Below, one piece after another: positions 35,826-45,210 of a stretch of 56,871 bases of DNA (positions are counted from its first letter, which is position 1; each line of letters starts with the position of its first letter). The position numbers and the translations under genes were made by a program. The stretch is from assembly GCA_024653905.1 (NCBI GenBank), contig JANLGZ010000070.1:1-56871 (forward strand), written 5' to 3'. Source of the stretch: an archaeon. GTDB taxonomy: Archaea > Iainarchaeota > Iainarchaeia > Iainarchaeales > Iainarchaeaceae. The notes beneath the pieces were generated by a model that worked only from the letters and a program-made list of their open reading frames with translations, ran no database searches and was not told the DNA's origin.

Positions 35826-36629
35826 TTAGGCTTTTCCCAAAGAAAGACCCCCGGAAGGAAGTAAAAATTCTATATCCTCAAGCCTAACCTCAAATTTATT
35901 ACCAGATTTATCAAGGAATTGTTTGCGGATTTTTTTCGCACATGCCCCTTTAGAATCCTTTCCAAAAAAAACCTTAACCAAATAATCCGAATTCTTCTTC
36001 ACAGCACTTTCAGGACCGGAAAATAAGTCAAGAGAATCCCCATATTTCTTAAAACCTATTGCAAACTGCAAAGGAGTTTTTTTGAACCATTCTCTTTTAC
36101 CATGAATCATAAAAGCACCAGTTCCAAGAGATTCACCGCTTGGAGCTTTTTTGCTTACTTGATCAGGATTAGCGGAATAAACATCTAACCCAGCTAATTG
36201 TTCACGCCATGCTTTGGAAAAACACGCTGCAAAAATTGCTGCTTCTTTTTTTGAAATTTCCCCCGGAATTTTTCCATCAGCTTTCAGAATTGTGTGCGGC
36301 GCCCCTTGAATATCAGCATGGAAATAAACATCTCCAGGAACCATTATTTTCTTTACAACCTGCTCATTGCTTTTTGCATCTCTTCCCCCCACAACAAGGA
36401 AACCTTCACTTGTAAAAAACCAGTGATATTTTTCATACCATTTCTTTTCCCTTTTTTTCACAAGCTTCTTCTGAACTCCTTTAGATTCCCCTTCCTCTGA
36501 AATCTTCTTATCAACTTCATGCATTCCTTTTGCTAAACCACCAAGTTTTTTCTTCGCCTTTTTTGAAAAATCATAATAAGAACCAGCATTTTCCTGGATT
36601 GATTTATTCAAATCTATTTCAATTTTCAT
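35826..36629 (-). CDS. NFACT-R (DUF814) RNA-binding domain protein, short stand-alone form
   Basis: 267 aa. KWYEKYHWFFTSEGFLVVGGRDAKSNEQVVKKIMVPGDVYFHADIQGAPHTILK is the NFACT-R/DUF814 signature. No NFACT-N domain is present. Confidence 0.7.
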   Translation of the reverse strand: MKIEIDLNKSIQENAGSYYDFSKKAKKKLGGLAKGMHEVDKKISEEGESKGVQKKLVKKREKKWYEKYHWFFTSEGFLVVGGRDAKSNEQVVKKIMVPGDVYFHADIQGAPHTILKADGKIPGEISKKEAAIFAACFSKAWREQLAGLDVYSANPDQVSKKAPSGESLGTGAFMIHGKREWFKKTPLQFAIGFKKYGDSLDLFSGPESAVKKNSDYLVKVFFGKDSKGACAKKIRKQFLDKSGNKFEVRLEDIEFLLPSGGLSLGKA

Positions 36630-37177
36630 TAATCATAACCTCTTGATTCTCTGAGAATTTTTATCATTGCACCTGTTCTTGATTCCATTTTGAAATAAGG
36701 TTCAGTAACATAAACAATATCTCTTCGTTTTATAAAATCATGAATGCCGTCAAGTTTTTCAAAATACTTTTTGTTTACTGCTTTATGGAATGTTTCAACA
36801 TCCTTGTAAATGTGCCTAGCAACAAGATTATAATTTCCTGAACCCGCAAGACTTGTTAATGAATAAAGATGAGGGTCTTTTTTTATTTCACTCAGAAAAG
36901 TTTTAAAGAATTCTTTTTTTGTTAAATCCGCCTGCATTAAAACAAGAACCTCAAGTTTGTAATCAAATTTTCTAAAATCAACCTTTGGCCCATACCCTGT
37001 TATCAGCCCCTCATTAACCAAAAAATCAAGAGAAGCTTTTATAGTGGCTTTATGATAACCCGTGTATTTTTGCAACTGTTTAATATTAGGAGAAACTGAA
37101 TTCTGTTTTAATAGCGCAGAAAGTATATTAAGACGAACCTCATCCCCTGCTTTCATTACACCAGCCATAATAATCAA
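36629..37177 (-). CDS. winged-helix transcriptional regulator, Lrp/AsnC-like architecture
   Basis: 182 aa. N-terminal HTH (RLNILSALLKQNSVSPNIKQLQKYTGYHKATIKASLDFLVNEGLI) and a C-terminal alpha/beta domain. Confidence 0.5.
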   Translation of the reverse strand: MIIMAGVMKAGDEVRLNILSALLKQNSVSPNIKQLQKYTGYHKATIKASLDFLVNEGLITGYGPKVDFRKFDYKLEVLVLMQADLTKKEFFKTFLSEIKKDPHLYSLTSLAGSGNYNLVARHIYKDVETFHKAVNKKYFEKLDGIHDFIKRRDIVYVTEPYFKMESRTGAMIKILRESRGYD

Positions 37178-37496
37178 TATACTTCTAGTACACCTAATTT
37201 ATTAATAGATGTAAAAAAAGTACATTAAAATACAGTTAATATATAATAACAAAAAAGCCCTCAATTGTATTGTAATAAAAAAATCGAGGGGATCCAATCC
37301 TAAAAAGTGAATCAAACCAAAAACAATTTGAAGGATGGGGTTAGGCTCACCAAGCTAATTGGTAAAACATTAGCTAATAACTCCACCCCTTCATCTTGCA
37401 ATTCCTAATGAGTGTTTTTTTAAGATTGCTATTATAACCCCATTAATTTTATTTACACTAATAACTTTTCTGAAAAACCAATACAATAGCGAATAA

Positions 37497-39572
37497 TCAG
37501 ATTTTCTTTGGAGTTATCTTTTCTGCTTTTGCCTTTAACTTAGCCTCATAGTTTGCTTTCCACTCTGTTTTAGTTTCACAATCAGGATTAATGCACATTT
37601 CAAATTTATACCTTGTACCGATAACTTTTATCACTGGTTTTTGACAGGTTTCGCAAATATTAGTTGTAAAAACTACTTTTCCTTTTTGAGGTAAAGGGTA
37701 AGTGTTTGTGCATTTTGGGTATTCTGTGCAACCTAAGAATCTTTTTTTATTACGACTCATTAATTGCCTAAGTTTACCGGAACATTTATCGCAATTCCCT
37801 GCAATAGAATCTTCTCTTCCAGCAGACCTTAAATCAGAACCTATTTCGTCTTTGCTCTTTAACATTCTATCCAAAATATCATGCAAAAATTTTCTTGAAT
37901 CTCCAACAACCTGTTCCTTTGTTTTTTTCCCAGCAGCAACTTTATCCATTTCCTTTTCAATACCCGCGGTCATTTCTGCTTTAACCGCATCAACCTGATG
38001 ATTGGCTAAAGAATCTATAACCGCAAATGCTAATTTACTTGGTTCAATAGCCTTTGCACCAGAAACATATTTTCGGTCATATAATTTTTGTATTGTTGTA
38101 TGCCTCGTGGATTTCGTGCCAATACCAAGGTCTTCCATTAATTTGATTAAAGTTGACTGGCTATACCTTGAAGGAGGTTGGGTTTGCTTTGCAAAAAAAT
38201 CAAGTTTTTCAAGATTTACTTTATCTCCTTCTTTCATAGGCGGGAGAATAACCTCTGAAATTGTCGAATAAGGATAAATCTCTTTCCAGCCAGGGTCAAC
38301 AATACGCTGACCGTTTGCAACAAAGGGTTCTTTTCCTAATAAAATTTCAACAGATTGGTTTTCAGTTTTTGCATCATCTCCTAATGTAGCCAAAAAACGC
38401 CTTACAATTAATTCATAAATTTTCCAGTGATTTTCACTAAGTTTTTCTTTAGAAGCAGCAGTTACAGGATGAATAGGCGGATGATCCTTAGTTTCTTTTT
38501 TGCCCCTAGAAGGATTAAGGGGGTATTTAGATAATATTTTTTCTGCATCTTTTTTGAAATCAGGAACCTTTGCAATTTCATTCAAGATTTTTTTCAAATC
38601 AAGAGTTGGAGAATAAACTGTGTTATCCGTTCTTGGATAAGAGGTTAATCCTTGTTGGTATAGCGATTCTGCATATTCCATGGCTTGGCCTGCACTAAAA
38701 CCAATAGATGTGGCCTGCCTCAAAAAATCAGTTGTGTTGAAAGGGGTTGGTTTTTTCAGGATTCTTTTTGTGCTTTTAATACTTTTAACAATTCCTTCCT
38801 TTGCATGTTCTTTATATATTTTTTCAGGCTCTTCTTTTTCCCAGAATTTTCCTTTTTTGTGCTCTGCCTCAAAAGTTTTTGAATCCTTGCTGAAAAGTGC
38901 TTTCAATTCCCAATAATTCTTGCTTACAAAAGCGTTTCTTTCCTTTTCACGCTGAACAATCAAAGCCAAAGCAGGAGTTTGAACTCTTCCAACACTCAAA
39001 TATTCTTTTCCGAGTTTTCCTGAAACAAGAGACATGAATCTGGTTAATACCGCACCCCAAATAAGATCAATTTCTCTTCTTGCATCGGCAGAATCTGCAA
39101 AATTATAATCAACATCAACAAGTTTTGAAAAAGATTCATCAATATCTGTTTTTGTAATAGCTGAAAAATAAGCCCTCTTGATTTTTACTTTAGGGTTTGA
39201 TGCTTTAACATAATTCAGCGCCTCAACTCCAATTGATTCACCTTCCCTATCAGCATCTGTTGCAATTATGACCTCATCAACTTCCTTTGCCGCGGATTTT
39301 AAAGCATAAATAATCTGTGTTTCTTTTCCCGCATATTCGATTTCCGCATCGATTAATTTTTTCAAATCAGTTCCGACCCAGTAACTGTATTTTTTCGGAA
39401 ATTCAACATCAACAATGTGGCCCCTTAAAGGAACAACAACATATTCATCATTTCCTTTATTGAATCTGAATGCCTGAGCAGAACCAATGCTTGATAACGG
39501 CACTTGTTTGCCCGCAAGAATATTAGCAATATTTCTTCCCGCAATTGCTTTTTCACTTATAATCAGTTTCAT
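37497..39572 (-). CDS. topA: type IA DNA topoisomerase
   Basis: 691 aa. Toprim (MKLIISEKAIAGRNIA, ATDADREGE), active-site Tyr box GLTSYPRTDN, and C-terminal Cys4 zinc ribbons (CDKC...C..C; C..C...C..C). Confidence 0.9.
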   Translation of the reverse strand: MKLIISEKAIAGRNIANILAGKQVPLSSIGSAQAFRFNKGNDEYVVVPLRGHIVDVEFPKKYSYWVGTDLKKLIDAEIEYAGKETQIIYALKSAAKEVDEVIIATDADREGESIGVEALNYVKASNPKVKIKRAYFSAITKTDIDESFSKLVDVDYNFADSADARREIDLIWGAVLTRFMSLVSGKLGKEYLSVGRVQTPALALIVQREKERNAFVSKNYWELKALFSKDSKTFEAEHKKGKFWEKEEPEKIYKEHAKEGIVKSIKSTKRILKKPTPFNTTDFLRQATSIGFSAGQAMEYAESLYQQGLTSYPRTDNTVYSPTLDLKKILNEIAKVPDFKKDAEKILSKYPLNPSRGKKETKDHPPIHPVTAASKEKLSENHWKIYELIVRRFLATLGDDAKTENQSVEILLGKEPFVANGQRIVDPGWKEIYPYSTISEVILPPMKEGDKVNLEKLDFFAKQTQPPSRYSQSTLIKLMEDLGIGTKSTRHTTIQKLYDRKYVSGAKAIEPSKLAFAVIDSLANHQVDAVKAEMTAGIEKEMDKVAAGKKTKEQVVGDSRKFLHDILDRMLKSKDEIGSDLRSAGREDSIAGNCDKCSGKLRQLMSRNKKRFLGCTEYPKCTNTYPLPQKGKVVFTTNICETCQKPVIKVIGTRYKFEMCINPDCETKTEWKANYEAKLKAKAEKITPKKI

Positions 39573-39650
39573 GATGACCGCTGAATAAGCTTCCCTTTGA
39601 AAAAGAATTTAAATAGCTGTGAAAAAGATTAAAAATCTGGGAAACGTTAA

Positions 39651-40862
39651 TTGTTCATGTTTGATGCATTAAGCCAATTAGCAATAATTCTGGTTGTTAG
39701 TTTTTTTCTTAAAGAACTTGCGGATAAGGCAAAAATACCTTTTATTGTATTGCTTATTTTAGGAGGCACTTCCCTTGCAACTTATGGAATAATCGATGTA
39801 AAAAGTTTAACTCCTCTTCCTGAAATGATTAGAACAATAGCATTAATACTGGTTGTTTTCAGTTCAGCATTTTACTTAAATATAGAGGAACTAAAAAAAC
39901 ACTCAAAATCATTAGTGATGCTTGCAACAATCGGAGTTTTACTTACTGCTTTAATGATTACAACAACAACACTCTATCTTCTCCCGATTCCGCTTATAAC
40001 TGCAGCTTTTTTAGGAGTTCTGCTTTCAGGAACTGATCCTGCTGCAATTTCACAGGCTCTTTCAAAAAAAGAAAGTAAGGTCGGTGAACTTTTAAGAGCA
40101 GAGAGTTTGTTTAATTCTCCAGTAACAGTAATACTTCCTTTGCTTTTGCTTGATTTTATTGCATTCCCTGAAGATGCATTGCTGAATGTTCCAAAATTAT
40201 TTTTATTAATAACAATTGGAATAATGATTGGCGCAGCAGGCGGAGTTATCGGAAAAAAACTTTTAAACCAAACAAAACTAGAACACAGCCAGACTTTAGG
40301 ATTAGCAATAGCAATAGCAACCTATGTTATTGCAGAACAATTATTAGGATCAGGAATAATGGCAGTTGCTGTATGCAGTATACTATTAAATTCCGGAAAT
40401 TTTCCAAGAAAAACATTTTTAGGAGAATTCAATTCTGAATTAGCATTTATTTCAACCTTATTTGTATTCATGCTTTTAGGTGCGCAATTCCAAGTGAGCG
40501 ATTTGATTTTCACAAGACAGGAAATAATAGCAGTGGTACTCGCACTTATACTTGCAAGAATGCTGACAACACTTGTTGTGCTTTTTAATTCAGAATTTAA
40601 TCTTTCAGAAAAAATCAAAATCGGTTTAATTGCTCCAAAAGGAGTTTCGCCCGCAGCTTTAGCGCCATTGGTTTTGATACCTGCTTACGGAATTATCGGG
40701 GCAGAAATAATTGTAAAAATAACTTACGTTGCAATAATACTCAGCATACTTATCTCTCTTATTATAACAAGAATTACGGTCCAGCCAAAAACAGAAGAAG
40801 AAAAATTACAGGAAGAACTAATAGAAAAAAAAGAACTTAGGGAAAAGAAGAAAATTTCATAA
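39651..40862 (+). CDS. cation:proton antiporter (Na+/H+ exchanger family)
   Basis: 403 aa, about 11-12 transmembrane helices. LSGTDPAAI motif. TTG start. Confidence 0.75.
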   Translation: MFMFDALSQLAIILVVSFFLKELADKAKIPFIVLLILGGTSLATYGIIDVKSLTPLPEMIRTIALILVVFSSAFYLNIEELKKHSKSLVMLATIGVLLTALMITTTTLYLLPIPLITAAFLGVLLSGTDPAAISQALSKKESKVGELLRAESLFNSPVTVILPLLLLDFIAFPEDALLNVPKLFLLITIGIMIGAAGGVIGKKLLNQTKLEHSQTLGLAIAIATYVIAEQLLGSGIMAVAVCSILLNSGNFPRKTFLGEFNSELAFISTLFVFMLLGAQFQVSDLIFTRQEIIAVVLALILARMLTTLVVLFNSEFNLSEKIKIGLIAPKGVSPAALAPLVLIPAYGIIGAEIIVKITYVAIILSILISLIITRITVQPKTEEEKLQEELIEKKELREKKKIS

Positions 40863-41330
40863 TCTTTTCTGCAAAGAAAAAGAAGGCAAAGCTTTGGATT
40901 TCTTTACCTCTGAAATAACAACAAGAGTTTTAATATCCAAAACACCATCCATTTTTGAGAGACTATCAACAAACTTTTCAGCAGAATCAAGGTCAGGAAC
41001 AACAAGCTTTGCAAGGATATTATACTCCCCTAAAACCTGATTGAGGTCAAGCACATAATCAAGTTCTTTGAGTTTTTTGATTACATCACGGTTTTTTGAA
41101 AGCTCAGAACGAATCTGAACAAAAATAGGATTTTCATAACCAAGAGTTCTCAGGTTCAAATCAGCAGAAATAGCATTAATAACGCCTTTTCGCTTTAAGC
41201 GTTCAAAACGCTTCTTAATGGCAACATCCGTCAGTTTGACTTCCGCTGCAATAGTGCTGAAAGAAGCCCTACCGTCCTCTAAAAGCATGCTGATTATTTT
41301 GTTATCAATTTTATCAAGCGATTCCAACAC
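40857..41330 (-). CDS. Lrp/AsnC family transcriptional regulator
   Basis: 157 aa. LDKIDNKIISMLLEDGRASFSTIAAEVKLTDVAIKKRFERLKRKGVI, plus a RAM/ACT-like C-terminal domain. Confidence 0.85.
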   Translation of the reverse strand: MLESLDKIDNKIISMLLEDGRASFSTIAAEVKLTDVAIKKRFERLKRKGVINAISADLNLRTLGYENPIFVQIRSELSKNRDVIKKLKELDYVLDLNQVLGEYNILAKLVVPDLDSAEKFVDSLSKMDGVLDIKTLVVISEVKKSKALPSFSLQKRL

Positions 41331-41430
41331 AAAACACCTTTTATTATTAAATAAACAAACACAAAAGCATTAAAAAGTTAATTTTCCAAAAACACGGCAG
41401 GGTTAAGAGTTTTTCTGGTTTAATATTTGC

Positions 41431-42975
41431 ATGCAAAACGCCATCAAAGAAACAATACAAAAACTAATTTTAGAGTGCCAGGAAAGCGGAGCTTCAAAAT
41501 GGGAAGTTATGAAAGTACTTAAAGAACTTGAGAATTTTTCCGGCACAGAACAACAATTGAGAAAAAATACTGCTGAAACATTAGAAAAACTAAATCCTGA
41601 TGCTGCAAAAACATTCAGATCATTTGAAAAACTGAAAGTTTTTACTTCAAAAGAAAAACGCGAAGCATTTGATAGGGGGAACATAATCAAATCTTTGTTA
41701 AAAGAAACAAATATCAGTAGAGGTGTGGCTGAAAAAATCGGAAGCGAAGTCGAAGACGAAATTAAAGATCTGAAAATAGAATATCTCAATACCCACTTAA
41801 TCAGAGAAATGGTTAATGTAAAACTTTTAGGTTACGGACACGAACCTATCCATACACAATACGCAAGACTTGGAATGCCCGTATTTGAAATTGAAAAAAA
41901 ACTTGAGGAAAACTCCGATAACAGCCCTGAGATTCTCAGAGAATATAACTGGCTGAAAATAATAGATCAAAAAGCAAGAAGCCTGCATTTTGATTCTTTA
42001 ATCCATATTTACGCCCCGGAAGATTTTTCAACAAAAATTTTCTGCTTTTCAGATTTTTTAGACGGAACAAAAGAAGAAATCGCAGTAAATGCAACTATTA
42101 TTGACAAGCAGTCAACAGTTCCTTTAACTATTAGAGCAATGAATTTTTCGATTTTTAATTCAACAAATTTAAAATCCAAAAATAAAATTGGAGAAGAAAT
42201 AAAAGCAATTGATTTGATTTTTTCCCTCACACAAAAAAGAACTATTGAACTTGCGCTTTTTAATGATTTTGAATGGCAGGGCCTTGCGGAATATAAAAAA
42301 AAAGCAACTCAGATTGCAAATTCTTTTTTATCAGCAAAAACCAATTCATTCAGCCCTGTTGTAACCCTTGACACCAAATACAAAATTAAACTTCTTGAAA
42401 GAAAAAATATCAAAGGAATCACTCTGGGAAATAATTCAAAAGAACGAACAACACATTTCGATTTCGGAGTTGTTCCCGGAAATACTAATGGTTTACTGCA
42501 ATTAACAGGGGTAAATCTGGAAAAGGTGTTTATTGCCTCTGCAGAAAATGAAACACTTTTTTATGAGAAACTTGAAAAAATATCAAAAACAATTGAGATT
42601 CTTTCTGAAGAAAAAAAAGAACTTTTAGGAAAAAGGAATTATATTGACAAAAAAATTCTAGAGACAATATCAACCGGAGTGAATCTGGCAGGATTATTTA
42701 GTGTAAGTACACAATTAAAAGAAAACAATCCAAGCAAAGCTGCTGAAAACATTATTTCATTTTTCCAGAAAAAAAAGTTTATTACTATGCAGATGAATGA
42801 AAAAGATTCACTGGAAAAATTTGGCATTACCGAGGATTTTGAAAAAACGCAGGGAATTTTAATGGAAATGAATTCGCGTCAGAGAAAAAGCTACGGGTTT
42901 AAATATAAAGTTTCAGGAATCAACGAGGCTGAAGAATTACTGAATGATGTTCCGAGTGTTAAAATTATTTATTAG
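41431..42975 (+). CDS. ATP-cone domain protein with NrdD-like N-terminal region, apparently non-catalytic
   Basis: 514 aa. The ATP-cone is KVFTSKEKREAFDRGNIIKSLLKETNISRGVAEKIGSEVEDEIKDL...IREMVNVKLLGYG. SLIHIYAPEDFSTKIFCFSDFLDG resembles the class III RNR G-x-IHIHD..yC segment. There is no glycyl-radical tail and only 2 Cys. Confidence 0.5.
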   Translation: MQNAIKETIQKLILECQESGASKWEVMKVLKELENFSGTEQQLRKNTAETLEKLNPDAAKTFRSFEKLKVFTSKEKREAFDRGNIIKSLLKETNISRGVAEKIGSEVEDEIKDLKIEYLNTHLIREMVNVKLLGYGHEPIHTQYARLGMPVFEIEKKLEENSDNSPEILREYNWLKIIDQKARSLHFDSLIHIYAPEDFSTKIFCFSDFLDGTKEEIAVNATIIDKQSTVPLTIRAMNFSIFNSTNLKSKNKIGEEIKAIDLIFSLTQKRTIELALFNDFEWQGLAEYKKKATQIANSFLSAKTNSFSPVVTLDTKYKIKLLERKNIKGITLGNNSKERTTHFDFGVVPGNTNGLLQLTGVNLEKVFIASAENETLFYEKLEKISKTIEILSEEKKELLGKRNYIDKKILETISTGVNLAGLFSVSTQLKENNPSKAAENIISFFQKKKFITMQMNEKDSLEKFGITEDFEKTQGILMEMNSRQRKSYGFKYKVSGINEAEELLNDVPSVKIIY

Positions 42976-43696
42976 AATGATAAATTTTTATAAGTTCAAA
43001 TCTTTCCATGTAAATCCTGGTTTTTAAAACTTCCAAAAAAGGAACCAAAAAAACCAGTGCTATTAAAAGCGAAAAGAAATTTCCAACAAGTAAAAAGTAA
43101 TCTATAATAAATTCAAATAATTGCAATAAAAAAATACTTACTAATCCTATTATTATTACTAAAATAAAATCTGAAAAATTCTTTGTTATAAAATCCCAAT
43201 TTGTGAGCACAGAACTACTCAGACTTTCCTCATCAACAACAATTGTCTGAGCTAAAAATAAAAAAGATGAAGAAATAATGAATAAAATTAAATTAATTGC
43301 TTCAATTGGAAAACCATAAGCTATAAGCAAAGAAGAAACCAATGCAGCAATTACAGTAAAGATTGCAAGGAACCTGAAATATTTGAAAGCAAGTTTGTGA
43401 ATTTTTTCATTCAGAAAATAATTTATTTTTACATTACTCAAATCCTTTCTTACTGAAAAAACCATTAAACAAACAAACAAAGAATAAAAATACAAAAAAA
43501 CCAGCAAAGTTATCAGAAGCAGAACTGCATCCAAAATAGGTTCTTTTATGAAACCGTAATCTATGAGTACTGTTCCTGAGGAAATGAATACATTTGAAAG
43601 CCATACAAACGGCAGTACAAAAACAAGCAGTAATGCAAAGCTGAATGCTGTTGACAGATTTTTTTTATAACTGATTATCGCACTAGCAAAACTCAT
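42965..43696 (-). CDS. hypothetical multi-pass membrane protein
   Basis: 243 aa, about 6 transmembrane helices. Coupled (ATGA overlap) to the upstream membrane ORF. Confidence 0.4.
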   Translation of the reverse strand: MSFASAIISYKKNLSTAFSFALLLVFVLPFVWLSNVFISSGTVLIDYGFIKEPILDAVLLLITLLVFLYFYSLFVCLMVFSVRKDLSNVKINYFLNEKIHKLAFKYFRFLAIFTVIAALVSSLLIAYGFPIEAINLILFIISSSFLFLAQTIVVDEESLSSSVLTNWDFITKNFSDFILVIIIGLVSIFLLQLFEFIIDYFLLVGNFFSLLIALVFLVPFLEVLKTRIYMERFELIKIYHSNK

Positions 43697-44154
43697 TGTG
43701 AAACCCCCTCAGGTTTTATTTCTTCATCAAAATTTTCAATTAAAACCCTTGCACCCCAGCCACCGATTCCGGCTAATACAAAGTAAATGAAACTGGATTG
43801 TATAAACTGATCAAAATAATCTATCTTGAAAAGAGAAACATCAACTCCTGATAATAAAGCCTGGTTCCCAAAATAATAAAATGCTGCAACATAAAAAGCA
43901 AGGTATGCCCCAATAGCAAAAATTATCGGGAAAATATAAACAAAAACATCTCCGAAACCCAGGTCTTCTCTTATCCAAGGGATTAGTAAGTAAATGAAGA
44001 AAAATCCAGGCATAGGAAGCAAAAATAGAGTATAATCAAGTTTGTCAAAGCCTGCTAAATTCCAGTCCTGCAGAGGAGTAAATAAGCTAATTGCATACAA
44101 TGCAATGTAAACCAATACAAAAACAAACAAAACTTTCGGGGTGTTAGAACTCAT
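43693..44154 (-). CDS. hypothetical membrane protein
   Basis: 153 aa, 4 transmembrane helices. Confidence 0.4.
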   Translation of the reverse strand: MSSNTPKVLFVFVLVYIALYAISLFTPLQDWNLAGFDKLDYTLFLLPMPGFFFIYLLIPWIREDLGFGDVFVYIFPIIFAIGAYLAFYVAAFYYFGNQALLSGVDVSLFKIDYFDQFIQSSFIYFVLAGIGGWGARVLIENFDEEIKPEGVSQ

Positions 44155-44213
44155 TTAAACCTACGTAAAATGGTCGCAATTGGTTTATAACTATTATGAT
44201 TTCAATCTTTTTC

Positions 44214-45182
44214 ATGGCAAATATTGCAGAATTGCCCTGGATTGAAAAATACAGACCGGACAAACTAAAGGATATTGTTGGGCAAAAAGAAATTACAAGA
44301 AGACTTGAAAATTACGTAAAAAATAATACAATGTCTAATTTATTGTTCACAGGGCAAGCAGGAATAGGAAAAACAAGCTGTTCTGTTGCACTTGCGAAGG
44401 AATTTTTCAAGGACAGCTTTTCTCAGAATTTTTTAGAATTAAATGCCTCTGATGAAAGGGGGATTGATGTTGTACGTGATACTATAAAGAATTTTGCGCG
44501 CACACTTGCTTTTGATTTTGGATTTAAAATAATTTTTCTGGATGAAAGTGATGCTTTAACAACGGATGCACAGCAGGCACTAAGAAGAACAATGGAAAAA
44601 TACGCAAGAACCTGTAGATTTATTCTTTCATGCAATTATTCCTCGAAAATAATTGAACCTATTCAATCAAGATGTGTTGTTTTCAGATTCAGCCAGCTTT
44701 CAGCAAAAGATATAAATGGAAAAATAAAAGAAATTGCAAAAGCAGAAAAGGTTGAAATTGATGACAAAGCAATAGAGGCAATAGTTTATGTTTGTGAAGG
44801 GGATTTAAGAAAAGCGATTAATATTTTACAGGCATCAGCGGTAACAGGAGAAAAAATTACAGATAAAGTAATTTACGAAGTTTCATCCAAAGCAAGGCCT
44901 GATGAAATAAAACAAATGATTAAGCAAGCATTGAGCGGAGATTTTATGGAAGCAAGAGCTTCACTTGACAAATTAATTTACGAATACGGTATGAGCGGAG
45001 AGGATGTTATTTTGCAATTACACAGGGAATTAATTGCAATGGATGAAAGTGAAGTTCCTTCAAACACAAAAATAGAACTCATTGATACTATTGGAGAATA
45101 CAATTTCAGAATGGTTGAAGGAGCAAATGAAAGGATTCAATTAGAGGCACTGCTTGCACAATTTTTGAAATATAAAAAATAA
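44214..45182 (+). CDS. rfcS: replication factor C small subunit
   Basis: The ATG at 44214 gives MANIAELPWIEKYRP. Walker A FTGQAGIGKTS, IFLDESDALT, SRC motif PIQSRCVVFRF. Confidence 0.9.
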   Translation: MANIAELPWIEKYRPDKLKDIVGQKEITRRLENYVKNNTMSNLLFTGQAGIGKTSCSVALAKEFFKDSFSQNFLELNASDERGIDVVRDTIKNFARTLAFDFGFKIIFLDESDALTTDAQQALRRTMEKYARTCRFILSCNYSSKIIEPIQSRCVVFRFSQLSAKDINGKIKEIAKAEKVEIDDKAIEAIVYVCEGDLRKAINILQASAVTGEKITDKVIYEVSSKARPDEIKQMIKQALSGDFMEARASLDKLIYEYGMSGEDVILQLHRELIAMDESEVPSNTKIELIDTIGEYNFRMVEGANERIQLEALLAQFLKYKK

Positions 45183-45210
45183 GCTAAATAAAAAAACTAT
45201 TTTTAATTAA

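Noticed and set aside
37330-37392. tRNA or split-tRNA half
   Set aside because: No T-arm (GTTCRANYC-like) or proper D-arm geometry. The acceptor-like stem is only 5 bp with an internal loop. It is reported only as an unclassified hairpin.
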